Position numbers and translations under genes: made by a program. A model generated the notes under the pieces. That model saw only the letters and a list, made by a program, of their open reading frames with translations. It was not told the origin of the DNA and did no database searches. Shown here piece after piece: positions 32,948-45,085 of a stretch of DNA of 64,000 bases; position 1 is the stretch's first letter, and every line of letters begins with the position of its first letter. The DNA comes from Trypanosoma brucei (Eukaryota): the NCBI GenBank assembly GCA_000002445.1, contig CP000071.1, positions 1,344,001 to 1,408,000 of the forward strand, written 5' to 3'.

Positions 32948-35900
32948 GCTGCTCCCAGTGAAAATGTGAGTAAGAACAAAAAAAAACGAAGTAAATTGAC
33001 GACGACATAAGCAACAGCGACTGTCTTCTGTTAAAATGGAAGAGAAAAGTGGCACCGCGGGAAAAGCAGAGTACATAAAAGCAAAAGTGAGGTGAGTGGA
33101 ACAGAAACGCAACGGAGGGAAGAGGACCCTTAGCGGAACGATGCTGACATAGTGTTCACAGGTGCGGCCACACATAACGGGACCCGTGAGGAGCCCGCAG
33201 CACCTATAAAGACAAAGATGCTCAGTTTGCATCTGGAGTGCGTCACTTCGCCGGCCCGCCTTTCCCACTAGAGGGAAAGAAGAATTCGTAACCAGACATC
33301 GCCTTTCTCCAAGCGCGCTTTGCGCAATGGATCAACGAAACTCTCGGTGACGTGCGTATCCCTTGTGCTCCTTGCTGCCTCTTGGCGCGTTCCAGACTGC
33401 TCACATCAATACGATACGGGTGAAATAACCTCCGAGAAAACCGCATGACCACTCGTGGTAACCCACACGCCCAACTTCCCGCAATCCCGCAAAGATGCTC
33501 GCGGTGAGCACACAACAGCGGCACAACTTATCATCAGCGCCACACAATGCGTGGTGCGTGGAGGGTAAAACGGGGAAAATACGAAGAAAGGAAATGTGTG
33601 TTGGGCAATTGGAAACAAAATAGAGGCAAACAAACGGATTATTCACAACAAATCTCCCAGGAGACGACAGAGCAAAGCAAAACGAACATCACATGTACTC
33701 CGCGAAGCCTTGATGTCTTCACATAATGAGTAAGCAAAAATGATAACAATGATTGACTTCCATTAGCACGGCCCGTGACATCGCGAACTTAACAGACAGT
33801 TACCAAAAGTGTGCGTAACAATAGAGACCAACTGCTGTCTTCTCTGCTCTTTTTCTCTTGTGAAGAAAAAAAGGAGGCGGCTAATTGTAATAATACCATC
33901 GAAGAAGGGATACCCAACTCAAATGCTTCCACGATGTGTTTGTGCGTGTGTGGAAATTTACTGGACACGCCACTTAGGAAACACTGCAAAACAGCAAGTA
34001 CTACATATGACACAGCAACTAAAGCAACGACATTGAGAAGGGGAAGATAAGGAACAAACAGAAAGAAAGTTAGCAGAGAAAAAATAGAAGTGTCAGTGCG
34101 TGTGTGGGGAAATAAACAATAATCTATCTCACACAACTAGCACGAGACGCAGCAAGTAGGCTGGAAAACGCTTTAGAAATGAGGTGGATAATTTTCCTTA
34201 GAAAAATAATAAAGAAACACCACCACAAGGCGCGATATTACCATTTATGTCGATTTTGGGCGCACTCAGGGGTGTTTGCTACCGTACCCGCAACATTGTT
34301 ATCCATGAGCCACACGAAAGAAGAAAATAGGAACCATCCCAGTTAACTTGCTCCATCTATATATAAATATTTTTTTTAATCGCATTTTTTTTACCTTTAC
34401 GTTTCCTCCTTATCTCCGCTTCCACACTCTTATCAACCAACTCCTTTTCTTCCACTCAACTCACACACACACACACCCCATCCCCTTCCTTATACACCTT
34501 TCTTATTTTTGATCGTTGCAGTTGGCCGTTGCAGGTTCACTAACTTCTTCAACCATCGAGCCGCAAACAAATATCGGTGATAACACCTGAAAACTCACAA
34601 ATTACCCATATGAACCCCATCGGAGCGACACCGCTAAAAGACGACCCAAAAAAGAAGAAAAGGCGGAAGACGCAGCAAGCGGGAATGGGAAAGAGATTCG
34701 AGGTAACAAATAAGACAACGAAAGAAAAAAAAAAGGAAACTCACGCACTCACTACAGATGAAGTGGACCCCTGCATTTACGTTCAACGAACCTGGAAAGT
34801 GGCAAATAAAAAGAAGAATACGGCACCACACGACATATCGGCAGCCTCATTAAATCCATTCATTCATTCAATTATGAACCGCACACACACACACATAAAA
34901 GGAAGAAAACTAGGGGGGACACACCTAACAATCAGAGTTTGCCACGCACTCAACCAAGCTCCACAGCGTTATCACCGCAGCACCCGATAAGAAATCGGAG
35001 CGCACGCAAGCGTCGACAGAAACCCAAAAAAAGGGTGAATAGAAGAAAAGGGAAGGTTAAGAGATCAAAAACTGAAAACCAATAGGCGGGTCACTCTCCG
35101 CAGAGGTACTCTAAAGATGATGCGCGTAAAAATGTGGCGCAAACATCACACAGATACACTAAGCAGCGGGGAATCAAGATAAATAAACAAAACAAAAGAA
35201 ACGTTTTCTTTTTCCTTTTTAAAATATCCATTAGTATAACAGGCTCCACCCAGAGTCCCTCACCCATCCATTTCCTCATCCAAACTTCCTCCCTCCTCTG
35301 GTCACTTTAATTCTTCTAACAGTTGTTAGTGGTGTCATGGCGCCCCACCGAACGTTCCCTCATCCTCCCAGTGCCAACAAAAAGAGCACGTAAATGCAAA
35401 AGCAACTGGAGAAGAGGGCAAAGGAGCAACGGAGAGGAACATTTGCAACAGTAGTCAAAACCGGGCGGTTTCAGCGTGCGCCAACGGCAATAGACAACTG
35501 ATATTGCAAGTCATCCAGGACAGCACCTAGCACGCAAGCAGAGTGGAATATATTTGTATAAACTTTCGGATAATGGAACAAAAACTACAACGCAACACAA
35601 AACGATACCCAATACACAAGCACGCACGCACAAAAACAAACAAACACATATATATATAAATATATAAATATATAAATATATAAGACAACAACTACACCAA
35701 CCAAAAAATCATATAAACAGACACTCAAATATATCTTCCTCACAGTCTGTTACGTGTCCCACAAACGACGCCCACAAATAACTAAAACCTGCACAATATA
35801 AACCGACAAGCTACTTATTCCGACAACAAAAAGGCAGACACAAAACAAAAAAGAGTTAAAAAACAAAATACAACAAAAACACGAGGCATTACACATAAAA

Positions 35901-36122
35901 ATAACACCCCTACCTACAACACATAAAAAAGAGACGAGAAGGATACCACTTAAATCAAGACACTACCTACCATTCAGCAAAAAAAAAATCTCAACACAGC
36001 TCAAGTTTGTGAAGAAAAAAAAACACACTAATCACAACTACAAAATAAAAAAATCTAACGAAACGAAAAGAACAATGTAAATATATAGCCTATCAAAAAA
36101 ATTAAAAAATGGCCAATGTTGA

Positions 36123-37499
36123 TTACACAGCCACATTGTAGATTGAGGCAGCCGTACCAAACACCACAGCGATCACTCCCGATATAAGGAGGAGGTACGT
36201 ACACACGTAATTTACCACACCCACCTGAGAAATGCCCCAGTTACCACAGTACATCCGGTACAATGCGGGAATGCAGAAACCAAGGACACCACCGCAGAAA
36301 CTTCCCAAAAGACCAAATACGGTATTCAGGTCGGGAATGAAGAGGCCAAGGAGCAGAGCGCATAGAGCCATGCAACCGCAAAACAGGCAGTTCTTCCATG
36401 TTTCAAGTGTGTTCAAATCCCACCCAATGATGTAATAGCAGCAATCACGGGCTGGTTGCATGCATAGTGAAAACCCAACACAGATCTTCAGCAACATGCC
36501 CGCAAACGCAATTGCCATCATCACGTCACCCTTCACGTCATAAATCTCAAAGACAGTTTCTACAGATTTGTTCCCAACATCCGTATAACCGAAGAAACCC
36601 GCAATGATGTACACCACACAACACATACTCATGGAATACGTTGTGTGGAGTGTCATGCGCCTTGCGCTCGGTTTGCGCATCTCCGAGTAAATGGAAAAAC
36701 AGTTCATATGGCACAGGTATGAAAACATGAAGATTGACAATCCCTCAATCGCCCTGTTCCCAGATTTAAACATCTCAACATCCTCGGGAAGTTTCCCATC
36801 CTTTAATCCATTTTTCGCGGAGTGCACAACAATGCAGATGACAAAATAAAAAACGAATAGCACAGCGATAGCGGAAGCGTAACGTAGTGAGTTGATTTCC
36901 TTGGGTAACGAGAGTGAAAACATTCCAACAAACCATATGATAGACGTGATCACGCGATTGCCCGTCTTTCCCTGAAAGAACTCCAATGTAGTGCACCCAG
37001 AAGCAACAGAGCCGACAAGGTAACCGGTAGCAATTACATAACTCACGCACGTCCCAAAGGTGAACAACCACGAGACCGATATAGTGAAGTAATCCCACCC
37101 GGGTCCAAAAAGGTTCCTCGAGAGATCCGTGTATGAGTTGTACCCTGTCATTTCTACTGCCTGCATCATCAGCCCAACGGAGTATATAGTCAACACAGTT
37201 ACAGTAATTAGAATGAGGATTGATGGGATCACACCACTCATCTGAAAAGCGATAGCGAGACTTATGACTCCAGCCCCCAATGTGGCACTCCCAAGGTTAA
37301 ACGTTGTCGAAAGGGCACCACCATGGGGAATGATTGCATTTATACATTGCATGAATTTGGAGTCTGTTGTCGGAGTGTCACCATTCTTGTGATGACTTTT
37401 CTCGTCTGCCGCTGACATCGCGCCGTATCCCTCACCCTCATCGGTAACAACCTCCGTGTGGGCCTTTCCAGAGCCTAATGGTTCTGTAGGGCTCAGCAT
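36123..37499 (-). CDS. Amino-acid transporter, AAAP/Aa_trans family (458 aa), array copy 1, variant A. The ORF track extends it to 532 aa via an in-frame upstream ORF.
   Basis: Polytopic membrane protein with an N-terminal acidic cytosolic tail then ~11 hydrophobic helices (ALSTTFNLGSATLGAGVISLAIAFQMSGVIPSILILITVTVLTIYSVGLMMQ...), typical of trypanosomatid AAT permeases. ATG at 37499-37497 matches the start of copies 2-5. From remembered synteny it is possibly part of the T. brucei chr8 AAT5-type locus. Confidence 0.85.
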   Translation of the reverse strand: MLSPTEPLGSGKAHTEVVTDEGEGYGAMSAADEKSHHKNGDTPTTDSKFMQCINAIIPHGGALSTTFNLGSATLGAGVISLAIAFQMSGVIPSILILITVTVLTIYSVGLMMQAVEMTGYNSYTDLSRNLFGPGWDYFTISVSWLFTFGTCVSYVIATGYLVGSVASGCTTLEFFQGKTGNRVITSIIWFVGMFSLSLPKEINSLRYASAIAVLFVFYFVICIVVHSAKNGLKDGKLPEDVEMFKSGNRAIEGLSIFMFSYLCHMNCFSIYSEMRKPSARRMTLHTTYSMSMCCVVYIIAGFFGYTDVGNKSVETVFEIYDVKGDVMMAIAFAGMLLKICVGFSLCMQPARDCCYYIIGWDLNTLETWKNCLFCGCMALCALLLGLFIPDLNTVFGLLGSFCGGVLGFCIPALYRMYCGNWGISQVGVVNYVCTYLLLISGVIAVVFGTAASIYNVAV

Positions 37500-37521
37500 A
37501 TTTAAGAGGTGGGTTTGCTGC

Positions 37522-37533
37522 GTGTGTACGTGT

Positions 37534-37564
<31 letters not shown>
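37522..37564. repeat. Imperfect (GT)n / (CA)n-on-coding-strand microsatellite in the 5' leader of AAT copy 1. It is 14 bp longer than the equivalent tract in units 2-5 (e.g. 40517-40547).
   Basis: Copy 1 reads gcgtgtgtacgtgtgtgcgtgtgcgtgtgtgtgtgtgtgtgtgtgctgc, whereas other units read gcgtgtgtacgtttgtgtgtgtgtgtgtgctgc. Confidence 0.9.
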
Positions 37565-37585
37565 CTGCTTGATAGCTTGATGACT

Positions 37586-37610
37586 GAAAAGGGAAAGAAA
37601 AGAAGCGAGC
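37586..37610 (-). promoter_or_regulatory. Candidate polypyrimidine tract / trans-splicing signal upstream of AAT copy 1. It repeats once per unit (e.g. 40569-40593). A stronger alternative tract lies at ~37895-37965.
   Basis: Plus strand gaaaagggaaagaaaagaagcgagc reads on the coding (minus) strand as gctcgcttcttttctttcccttttc, followed downstream by several AG dinucleotides ~60-90 nt before the ATG. Which tract is used cannot be decided from sequence alone. Confidence 0.3.
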
Positions 37611-39119
37611 TAATTCGTACAACGGAAGTAAAGACTGCCAAACACATGAATACACAAGTACCAAGAGTTCTTGCACACCCAGACAAGAATCTACTAAACT
37701 CACGGGCATAGCTACTTGCATATCGAAAAAAGCACCACGTTATTTGAAGGGGCATTCAACTCATGGCGACAAAGGAAGACACAAGAAGGTGGTTTCTACG
37801 TGCACCAGACAAGTGTCAAACATGACGCACAAATCGCAGCATCATCAGAGAATGAAACACAACGTGTGTCACACACTGCTTCTGCTTACCCCGACAGAAA
37901 ACAAAAGCGGATAACAAATACAACAAAAAAGGAAGGGAACTAAACAAAAATAAAGGAGCACATTGGAGCGACACGAACGCTGGAGTAACGTATTGTTGGC
38001 TTGGCGATTGATAAAACGCGTAACCAACCCTTCACTTAACCCTGTGGGAACATGTTGTACAAAGGTAGAACATCTTCCAGAGTACGTGTTAGGTTACACG
38101 TGACACCAACTCCATCCAGCATTCAACATTCATTCGTGTGGCAGACAGAAGTTGATACACACATGTTTTCTGTGAGGAATAGAAACATGAGTATATATAG
38201 ATAATGCTTTACGCCACGGCTTCGCAATGGAAAACAAAATAACAAATGAGAAAGCATCCTTCCTTGGCCCTCCCCTCTACCTGCGAACCCAAAAACAGGG
38301 AACTGCCTGATGGAGACATAGCGCAAAGTAAAAAATAAAAATCGTAACAAAAAGGGAGAAACACTCCAGTAGCGGCCCACGAAGATGTAGTGCAACACAA
38401 GGAAGCCACTTTGTGTCACACAATGCTGAGGAAAGAGATATACGCTAAAAGTTCTTTTTAAAAGTTCTAAAAAATAAAATATATAGATATATATATGCCT
38501 CCGCTAAACCAACAAAATAATAATCAAGAATATTTTCCCATTTCGTCTTATTTTTTTTTTTCTGTCTCATAGTTATGCATCACTCACAGCACCTGCCGCC
38601 ACCATCCCTACCGTAAATAAACACGAGGAATTAACCTCTCCGCCACAGGGATTTTGTTAAGAGGAAGGAGCCACTTTACGCAGGTCAGAGAAAACAAGGT
38701 ATGAATCCATAAATACATAACTCTGTATGATAGAGGTGGGCACGCCGTTGCAAAGTGGGCATTAGCTCCTCGTTAACACGGAAACAAACTTATTAAAAAA
38801 GAAAACGTTAACGGTGTAAGCAAATTTTCCCCGCTTACACAAACATATTCACCCAACACTGAACACAGTAAAAAGAAGAAAAGAAGAGGCACCTCAAATA
38901 AATATGCTTATATACCTATACGTAACACCTAACAGTTGCATTTTGTCTACTCTTACACCACACTGAAGGTCATGCAACTGCTTATCATGCATGACACAAA
39001 CACATGGAAAAAACAACACAGTAGAAAAAAATTTAAAAATTACCATCACACGACAGAGTTTGCCTGATTATTGCCGTCACTTGCTGCATGCTCCCACTCT
39101 AACAAAGGGCCAATGTTGA

Positions 39120-40496
39120 TTACACAGCCACATTGTAGATTGAGGCAGCCGTACCAAACACCACAGCGATCACTCCCGATATAAGGAGGAGGTACGTACA
39201 CACGTAATTTACCACACCCACCTGAGAAATGCCCCAGTTACCACAGTACATCCGGTACAATGCGGGAATGCAGAAACCAAGGACACCACCGCAGAAACTT
39301 CCCAAAAGACCAAATACGGTATTCAGGTCGGGAATGAAGAGGCCAAGGAGCAGAGCGCATAGAGCCATGCAACCGCAAAACAGGCAGTTCTTCCATGTTT
39401 CAAGTGTGTTCAAATCCCACCCAATGATGTAATAGCAGCAATCACGGGCTGGTTGCATGCATAGTGAAAACCCAACACAGATCTTCAGCAACATGCCCGC
39501 AAACGCAATTGCCATCATCACGTCACCCTTCACGTCATAAATCTCAAAGACAGTTTCTACGGATTTGTTCCCAACATCCGTATAACCGAAGAAACCCGCA
39601 ATGATGTACACCACACAACACATACTCATGGAATACGTTGTGTGGAGTGTCATGCGCCTTGCGCTCGGTTTGCGCATCTCCGAGTAAATGGAAAAACAGT
39701 TCATATGGCACAGGTATGAAAACATGAAGATTGACAATCCCTCAATCGCCCTGTTCCCAGATTTAAACATCTCAACATCCTCGGGAAGTTTCCCATCCTT
39801 TAATCCATTTTTCGCGGAGTGCACAACAATGCAGATGACAAAATAAAAAACGAATAGCACAGCGATAGCGGAAGCGTAACGTAGTGAGTTGATTTCCTTG
39901 GGTAACGAGAGTGAAAACATTCCAACAAACCATATGATAGACGTGATCACGCGATTGCCCGTCTTTCCCTGAAAGAACTCCAATGCAGAGGACCCAGATA
40001 GCACAGAGTCCACAAGGTAACCGGTAGCAATTACATAACTCACGCACGTCCCAAAGGTGAACAACCACGAGACCGATATAGTGAAGTAATCCCACCCGGG
40101 TCCAAAAAGGTTCCTCGAGAGATCCGCATATGAGTTGTACCCTGTCATTTCTACTGCCTGCATCATCAGCCCAACGGAGTATATAGTCAACACAGTTACA
40201 GTAATTAGAATGAGGATTGATGGAATCACACCACTCATCTGAAAAGCGATAGCGAGACTTATGACTCCAGCCCCCAATGTGGCACTCCCAAGGTTAAACG
40301 TTGTCGAAAGGGCACCACCATGGGGAATGATTGCATTTATACATTGCATGAATTTGGAGTCTGTTGTCAGAGTGTTACCATTCTTGTGATGACTTTTCTC
40401 GTCTGCCGCTGACATCGCGCCGTATCCCTCACCCTCATCGGTAACAACCTCCGTGTGGGCCTTTCCAGAGCCCAATGCTTCTGTAGGGCTCAGCAT
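39120..40496 (-). CDS. Amino-acid transporter, AAAP family (458 aa), array copy 2, variant B (A7, N41, L43, A124, DSVLSGSSA patch).
   Basis: ATG verified at 40496. Protein identical to copy 4. Confidence 0.9.
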   Translation of the reverse strand: MLSPTEALGSGKAHTEVVTDEGEGYGAMSAADEKSHHKNGNTLTTDSKFMQCINAIIPHGGALSTTFNLGSATLGAGVISLAIAFQMSGVIPSILILITVTVLTIYSVGLMMQAVEMTGYNSYADLSRNLFGPGWDYFTISVSWLFTFGTCVSYVIATGYLVDSVLSGSSALEFFQGKTGNRVITSIIWFVGMFSLSLPKEINSLRYASAIAVLFVFYFVICIVVHSAKNGLKDGKLPEDVEMFKSGNRAIEGLSIFMFSYLCHMNCFSIYSEMRKPSARRMTLHTTYSMSMCCVVYIIAGFFGYTDVGNKSVETVFEIYDVKGDVMMAIAFAGMLLKICVGFSLCMQPARDCCYYIIGWDLNTLETWKNCLFCGCMALCALLLGLFIPDLNTVFGLLGSFCGGVLGFCIPALYRMYCGNWGISQVGVVNYVCTYLLLISGVIAVVFGTAASIYNVAV

Positions 40497-42102
40497 ATTT
40501 AAGAGGTGGGTTTGCTGCGTGTGTACGTTTGTGTGTGTGTGTGTGTGCTGCTTGATAGCTTGATGACTGAAAAGGGAAAGAAAAGAAGCGAGCTAATTCG
40601 TACAACGGAAGTAAAGACTGCCAAACACATGAATACACAAGTACCAAGAGTTCTTGCACACCCAGACAAGAATCTACTAAACTCACGGGCATAGCTACTT
40701 GCATATCGAAAAAAGCACCACGTTATTTGAAGGGGCATTCAACTCATGGCGACAAAGGAAGACACAAGAAGGTGGTTTCTACGTGCACCAGACAAGTGTC
40801 AAACATGACGCACAAATCGCAGCATCATCAGAGAATGAAACACAACGTGTGTCACACACTGCTTCTGCTTACCCCGACAGAAAACAAAAGCGGATAACAA
40901 ATACAACAAAAAAGGAAGGGAACTAAACAAAAATAAAGGAGCACATTGGAGCGACACGAACGCTGGAGTAACGTATTGTTGGCTTGGCGATTGATAAAAC
41001 GCGTAACCAACCCTTCACTTAACCCTGTGGGAACATGTTGTACAAAGGTAGAACATCTTCCAGAGTACGTGTTAGGTTACACGTGACACCAACTCCATCC
41101 AGCAATCAACATTCATTCGTGTGGCAGAGAGAAGTTGATACACACATGTTTTCTGTGAGGAATAGAAACATGAGTATATATAGATAATGCTTTACGCCAC
41201 GGCTTCGCAATGGAAAACAAAATAACAAATGAGAAAGCATCCTTCCTTGGCCCTCCCCTCTACCTGCGAACCCAAAAACAGGGAACTGCCTGATGGAGAC
41301 ATAGCGCAAAGTAAAAAATAAAAATCGTAACAGAAAGGGAGAAACACTCCAGTAGCGGCCCACGAAGATGTAGTGCAACACAAGGAAGCCACTTTGTGTC
41401 ACACAATGCTGAGGAAAGAGATATACGCTAAAAGTTCTTTTTAAAAGTTCTAAAAAATAAAATATATAGATATATATATGCCTCCGCTAAACCAACAAAA
41501 TAATAATAAAGAATATTTTCCCATTTCGTCTTATTTTTTTTTTTCTGTCTCATAGTTATGCATCACTCACAGCACCTGCCGCCACCATCCCTACCGTAAA
41601 TAAACACGAGGAATTAACCTCTCCGCCACAGGGATTTTGTTAAGAGGAAGGAGCCACTTTACGCAGGTCAGAGAAAACAAGGTATGAATCCATAAATACA
41701 TAACTCTGTATGATAGAGGTGGGCACGCCGTTGCAAAGTGGGCATTAGCTCCTCGTTAACACGGAAACAAACTTATTAAAAAAGAAAACGTTAACGGTGT
41801 AAGCAAATTTTCCCCGCTTACACAAACATATTCACCCAACACTGAACACAGTAAAAAGAAGAAAAGAAGAGGCACCTCAAATAAATATGCTTATATACCT
41901 ATACGTAACACCTAACAGTTGCATTTTGTCTACTCTTACACCACACTAAAGGTCATGCAACTGCTTATCATGCATGACACAAACACATGGAAAAAACAAC
42001 ACAGTAGAAAAAAATTTAAAAATTACCATCACACGACAGAGTTTGCCTGATTATTGCCGTCACTTGCTGCATGCTCCCACTCTAACAAAGGGCCAATGTT
42101 GA

Positions 42103-43479
42103 TTACACAGCCACATTGTAGATTGAGGCAGCCGTACCAAACACCACAGCGATCACTCCCGATATAAGGAGGAGGTACGTACACACGTAATTTACCACAC
42201 CCACCTGAGAAATGCCCCAGTTACCACAGTACATCCGGTACAATGCGGGAATGCAGAAACCAAGGACACCACCGCAGAAACTTCCCAAAAGACCAAATAC
42301 GGTATTCAGGTCGGGAATGAAGAGGCCAAGGAGCAGAGCGCATAGAGCCATGCTACCGCAAAACAGGCAGTTCTTCCATGTTTCAAGTGTGTTCAAATCC
42401 CACCCAATGATGTAATAGCAGCAATCACGGGCTGGTTGCATGCATAGTGAAAACCCAACACAGATCTTCAGCAACATGCCCGCAAACGCAATTGCCATCA
42501 TCACGTCACCCTTCACGTCATAAATCTCAAAGACAGTTTCTACAGATTTGTTCCCAACATCCGTATAACCGAAGAAACCCGCAATGATGTACACCACACA
42601 ACACATACTCATGGAATACGTTGTGTGGAGTGTCATGCGCCTTGCGCTCGGTTTGCGCATCTCCGAGTAAATGGAAAAACAGTTCATATGGCACAGGTAT
42701 GAAAACATGAAGATTGACAATCCCTCAATCGCCCTGTTCCCAGATTTAAACATCTCAACATCCTCGGGAAGTTTCCCATCCTTTAATCCATTTTTCGCGG
42801 AGTGCACAACAATGCAGATGACAAAATAAAAAACGAATAGCACAGCGATAGCGGAAGCGTAACGTAGTGAGTTGATTTCCTTGGGTAACGAGAGTGAAAA
42901 CATTCCAACAAACCATATGATAGACGTGATCACGCGATTGCCCGTCTTTCCCTGAAAGAACTCCAATGCAGAGGACCCAGATAGCACAGAGTCCACAAGG
43001 TAACCGGTAGCAATTACATAACTCACGCACGTCCCAAAGGTGAACAACCACGAGACCGATATAGTGAAGTAATCCCACCCGGGTCCAAAAAGGTTCCTCG
43101 AGAGATCCGCATATGAGTTGTACCCTGTCATTTCTACTGCCTGCATCATCAGCCCAACGGAGTATATAGTCAACACAGTTACAGTAATTAGAATGAGGAT
43201 TGATGGGATCACACCACTCATCTGAAAAGCGATAGCGAGACTTATGACTCCAGCCCCCAATGTGGCACTCCCAAGGTTAAACGTTGTCGAAAGGGCACCA
43301 CCATGGGGAATGATTGCATTTATACATTGCATGAATTTGGAGTCTGTTGTCGGAGTGTCACCATTCTTGTGATGACTTTTCTCGTCTGCCGCTGACATCG
43401 CGCCGTATCCCTCACCCTCATCGGTAACAACCTCCGTGTGGGCCTTTCCAGAGCCTAATGGTTCTGTAGGGCTCAGCAT
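42103..43479 (-). CDS. Amino-acid transporter, AAAP family (458 aa), array copy 3. It is a chimera: variant-A N-terminus (P7, D41, P43) with variant-B middle (A124, DSVLSGSSA), plus a unique C408S-type change (CLFCGSMALC).
   Basis: Direct comparison of the five translated copies. Confidence 0.9.
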   Translation of the reverse strand: MLSPTEPLGSGKAHTEVVTDEGEGYGAMSAADEKSHHKNGDTPTTDSKFMQCINAIIPHGGALSTTFNLGSATLGAGVISLAIAFQMSGVIPSILILITVTVLTIYSVGLMMQAVEMTGYNSYADLSRNLFGPGWDYFTISVSWLFTFGTCVSYVIATGYLVDSVLSGSSALEFFQGKTGNRVITSIIWFVGMFSLSLPKEINSLRYASAIAVLFVFYFVICIVVHSAKNGLKDGKLPEDVEMFKSGNRAIEGLSIFMFSYLCHMNCFSIYSEMRKPSARRMTLHTTYSMSMCCVVYIIAGFFGYTDVGNKSVETVFEIYDVKGDVMMAIAFAGMLLKICVGFSLCMQPARDCCYYIIGWDLNTLETWKNCLFCGSMALCALLLGLFIPDLNTVFGLLGSFCGGVLGFCIPALYRMYCGNWGISQVGVVNYVCTYLLLISGVIAVVFGTAASIYNVAV

Positions 43480-45085
43480 ATTTAAGAGGTGGGTTTGCTG
43501 CGTGTGTACGTTTGTGTGTGTGTGTGTGTGCTGCTTGATAGCTTGATGACTGAAAAGGGAAAGAAAAGAAGCGAGCTAATTCGTACAACGGAAGTAAAGA
43601 CTGCCAAACACATGAATACACAAGTACCAAGAGTTCTTGCACACCCAGACAAGAATCTACTAAACTCACGGGCATAGCTACTTGCATATCGAAAAAAGCA
43701 CCACGTTATTTGAAGGGGCATTCAACTCATGGCGACAAAGGAAGACACAAGAAGGTGGTTTCTACGTGCACCAGACAAGTGTCAAACATGACGCACAAAT
43801 CGCAGCATCATCAGAGAATGAAACACAACGTGTGTCACACACTGCTTCTGCTTACCCCGACAGAAAACAAAAGCGGATAACAAATACAACAAAAAAGGAA
43901 GGGAACTAAACAAAAATAAAGGAGCACATTGGAGCGACACGAACGCTGGAGTAACGTATTGTTGGCTTGGCGATTGATAAAACGCGTAACCAACCCTTCA
44001 CTTAACCCTGTGGGAACATGTTGTACAAAGGTAGAACATCTTCCAGAGTACGTGTTAGGTTACACGTGACACCAACTCCATCCAGCATTCAACATTCATT
44101 CGTGTGGCAGACAGAAGTTGATACACACATGTTTTCTGTGAGGAATAGAAACATGAGTATATATAGATAATGCTTTACGCCACGGCTTCGCAATGGAAAA
44201 CAAAATAACAAATGAGAAAGCATCCTTCCTTGGCCCTCCCCTCTACCTGCGAACCCAAAAACAGGGAACTGCCTGATGGAGACATAGCGCAAAGTAAAAA
44301 ATAAAAATCGTAACAAAAAGGGAGAAACACTCCAGTAGCGGCCCACGAAGATGTAGTGCAACACAAGGAAGCCACTTTGTGTCACACAATGCTGAGGAAA
44401 GAGATATACGCTAAAAGTTCTTTTTAAAAGTTCTAAAAAATAAAATATATAGATATATATATGCCTCCGCTAAACCAACAAAATAATAATCAAGAATATT
44501 TTCCCATTTCGTCTTATTTTTTTTTTTCTGTCTCATAGTTATGCATCACTCACAGCACCTGCCGCCACCATCCCTACCGTAAATAAACACGAGGAATTAA
44601 CCTCTCCGCCACAGGGATTTTGTTAAGAGGAAGGAGCCACTTTACGCAGGTCAGAGAAAACAAGGTATGAATCCATAAATACATAACTCTGTATGATAGA
44701 GGTGGGCACGCCGTTGCAAAGTGGGCATTAGCTCCTCGTTAACACGGAAACAAACTTATTAAAAAAGAAAACGTTAACGGTGTAAGCAAATTTTCCCCGC
44801 TTACACAAACATATTCACCCAACACTGAACACAGTAAAAAGAAGAAAAGAAGAGGCACCTCAAATAAATATGCTTATATACCTATACGTAACACCTAACA
44901 GTTGCATTTTGTCTACTCTTACACCACACTGAAGGTCATGCAACTGCTTATCATGCATGACACAAACACATGGAAAAAACAACACAGTAGAAAAAAATTT
45001 AAAAATTACCATCACACGACAGAGTTTGCCTGATTATTGCCGTCACTTGCTGCATGCTCCCACTCTAACAAAGGGCCAATGTTGA

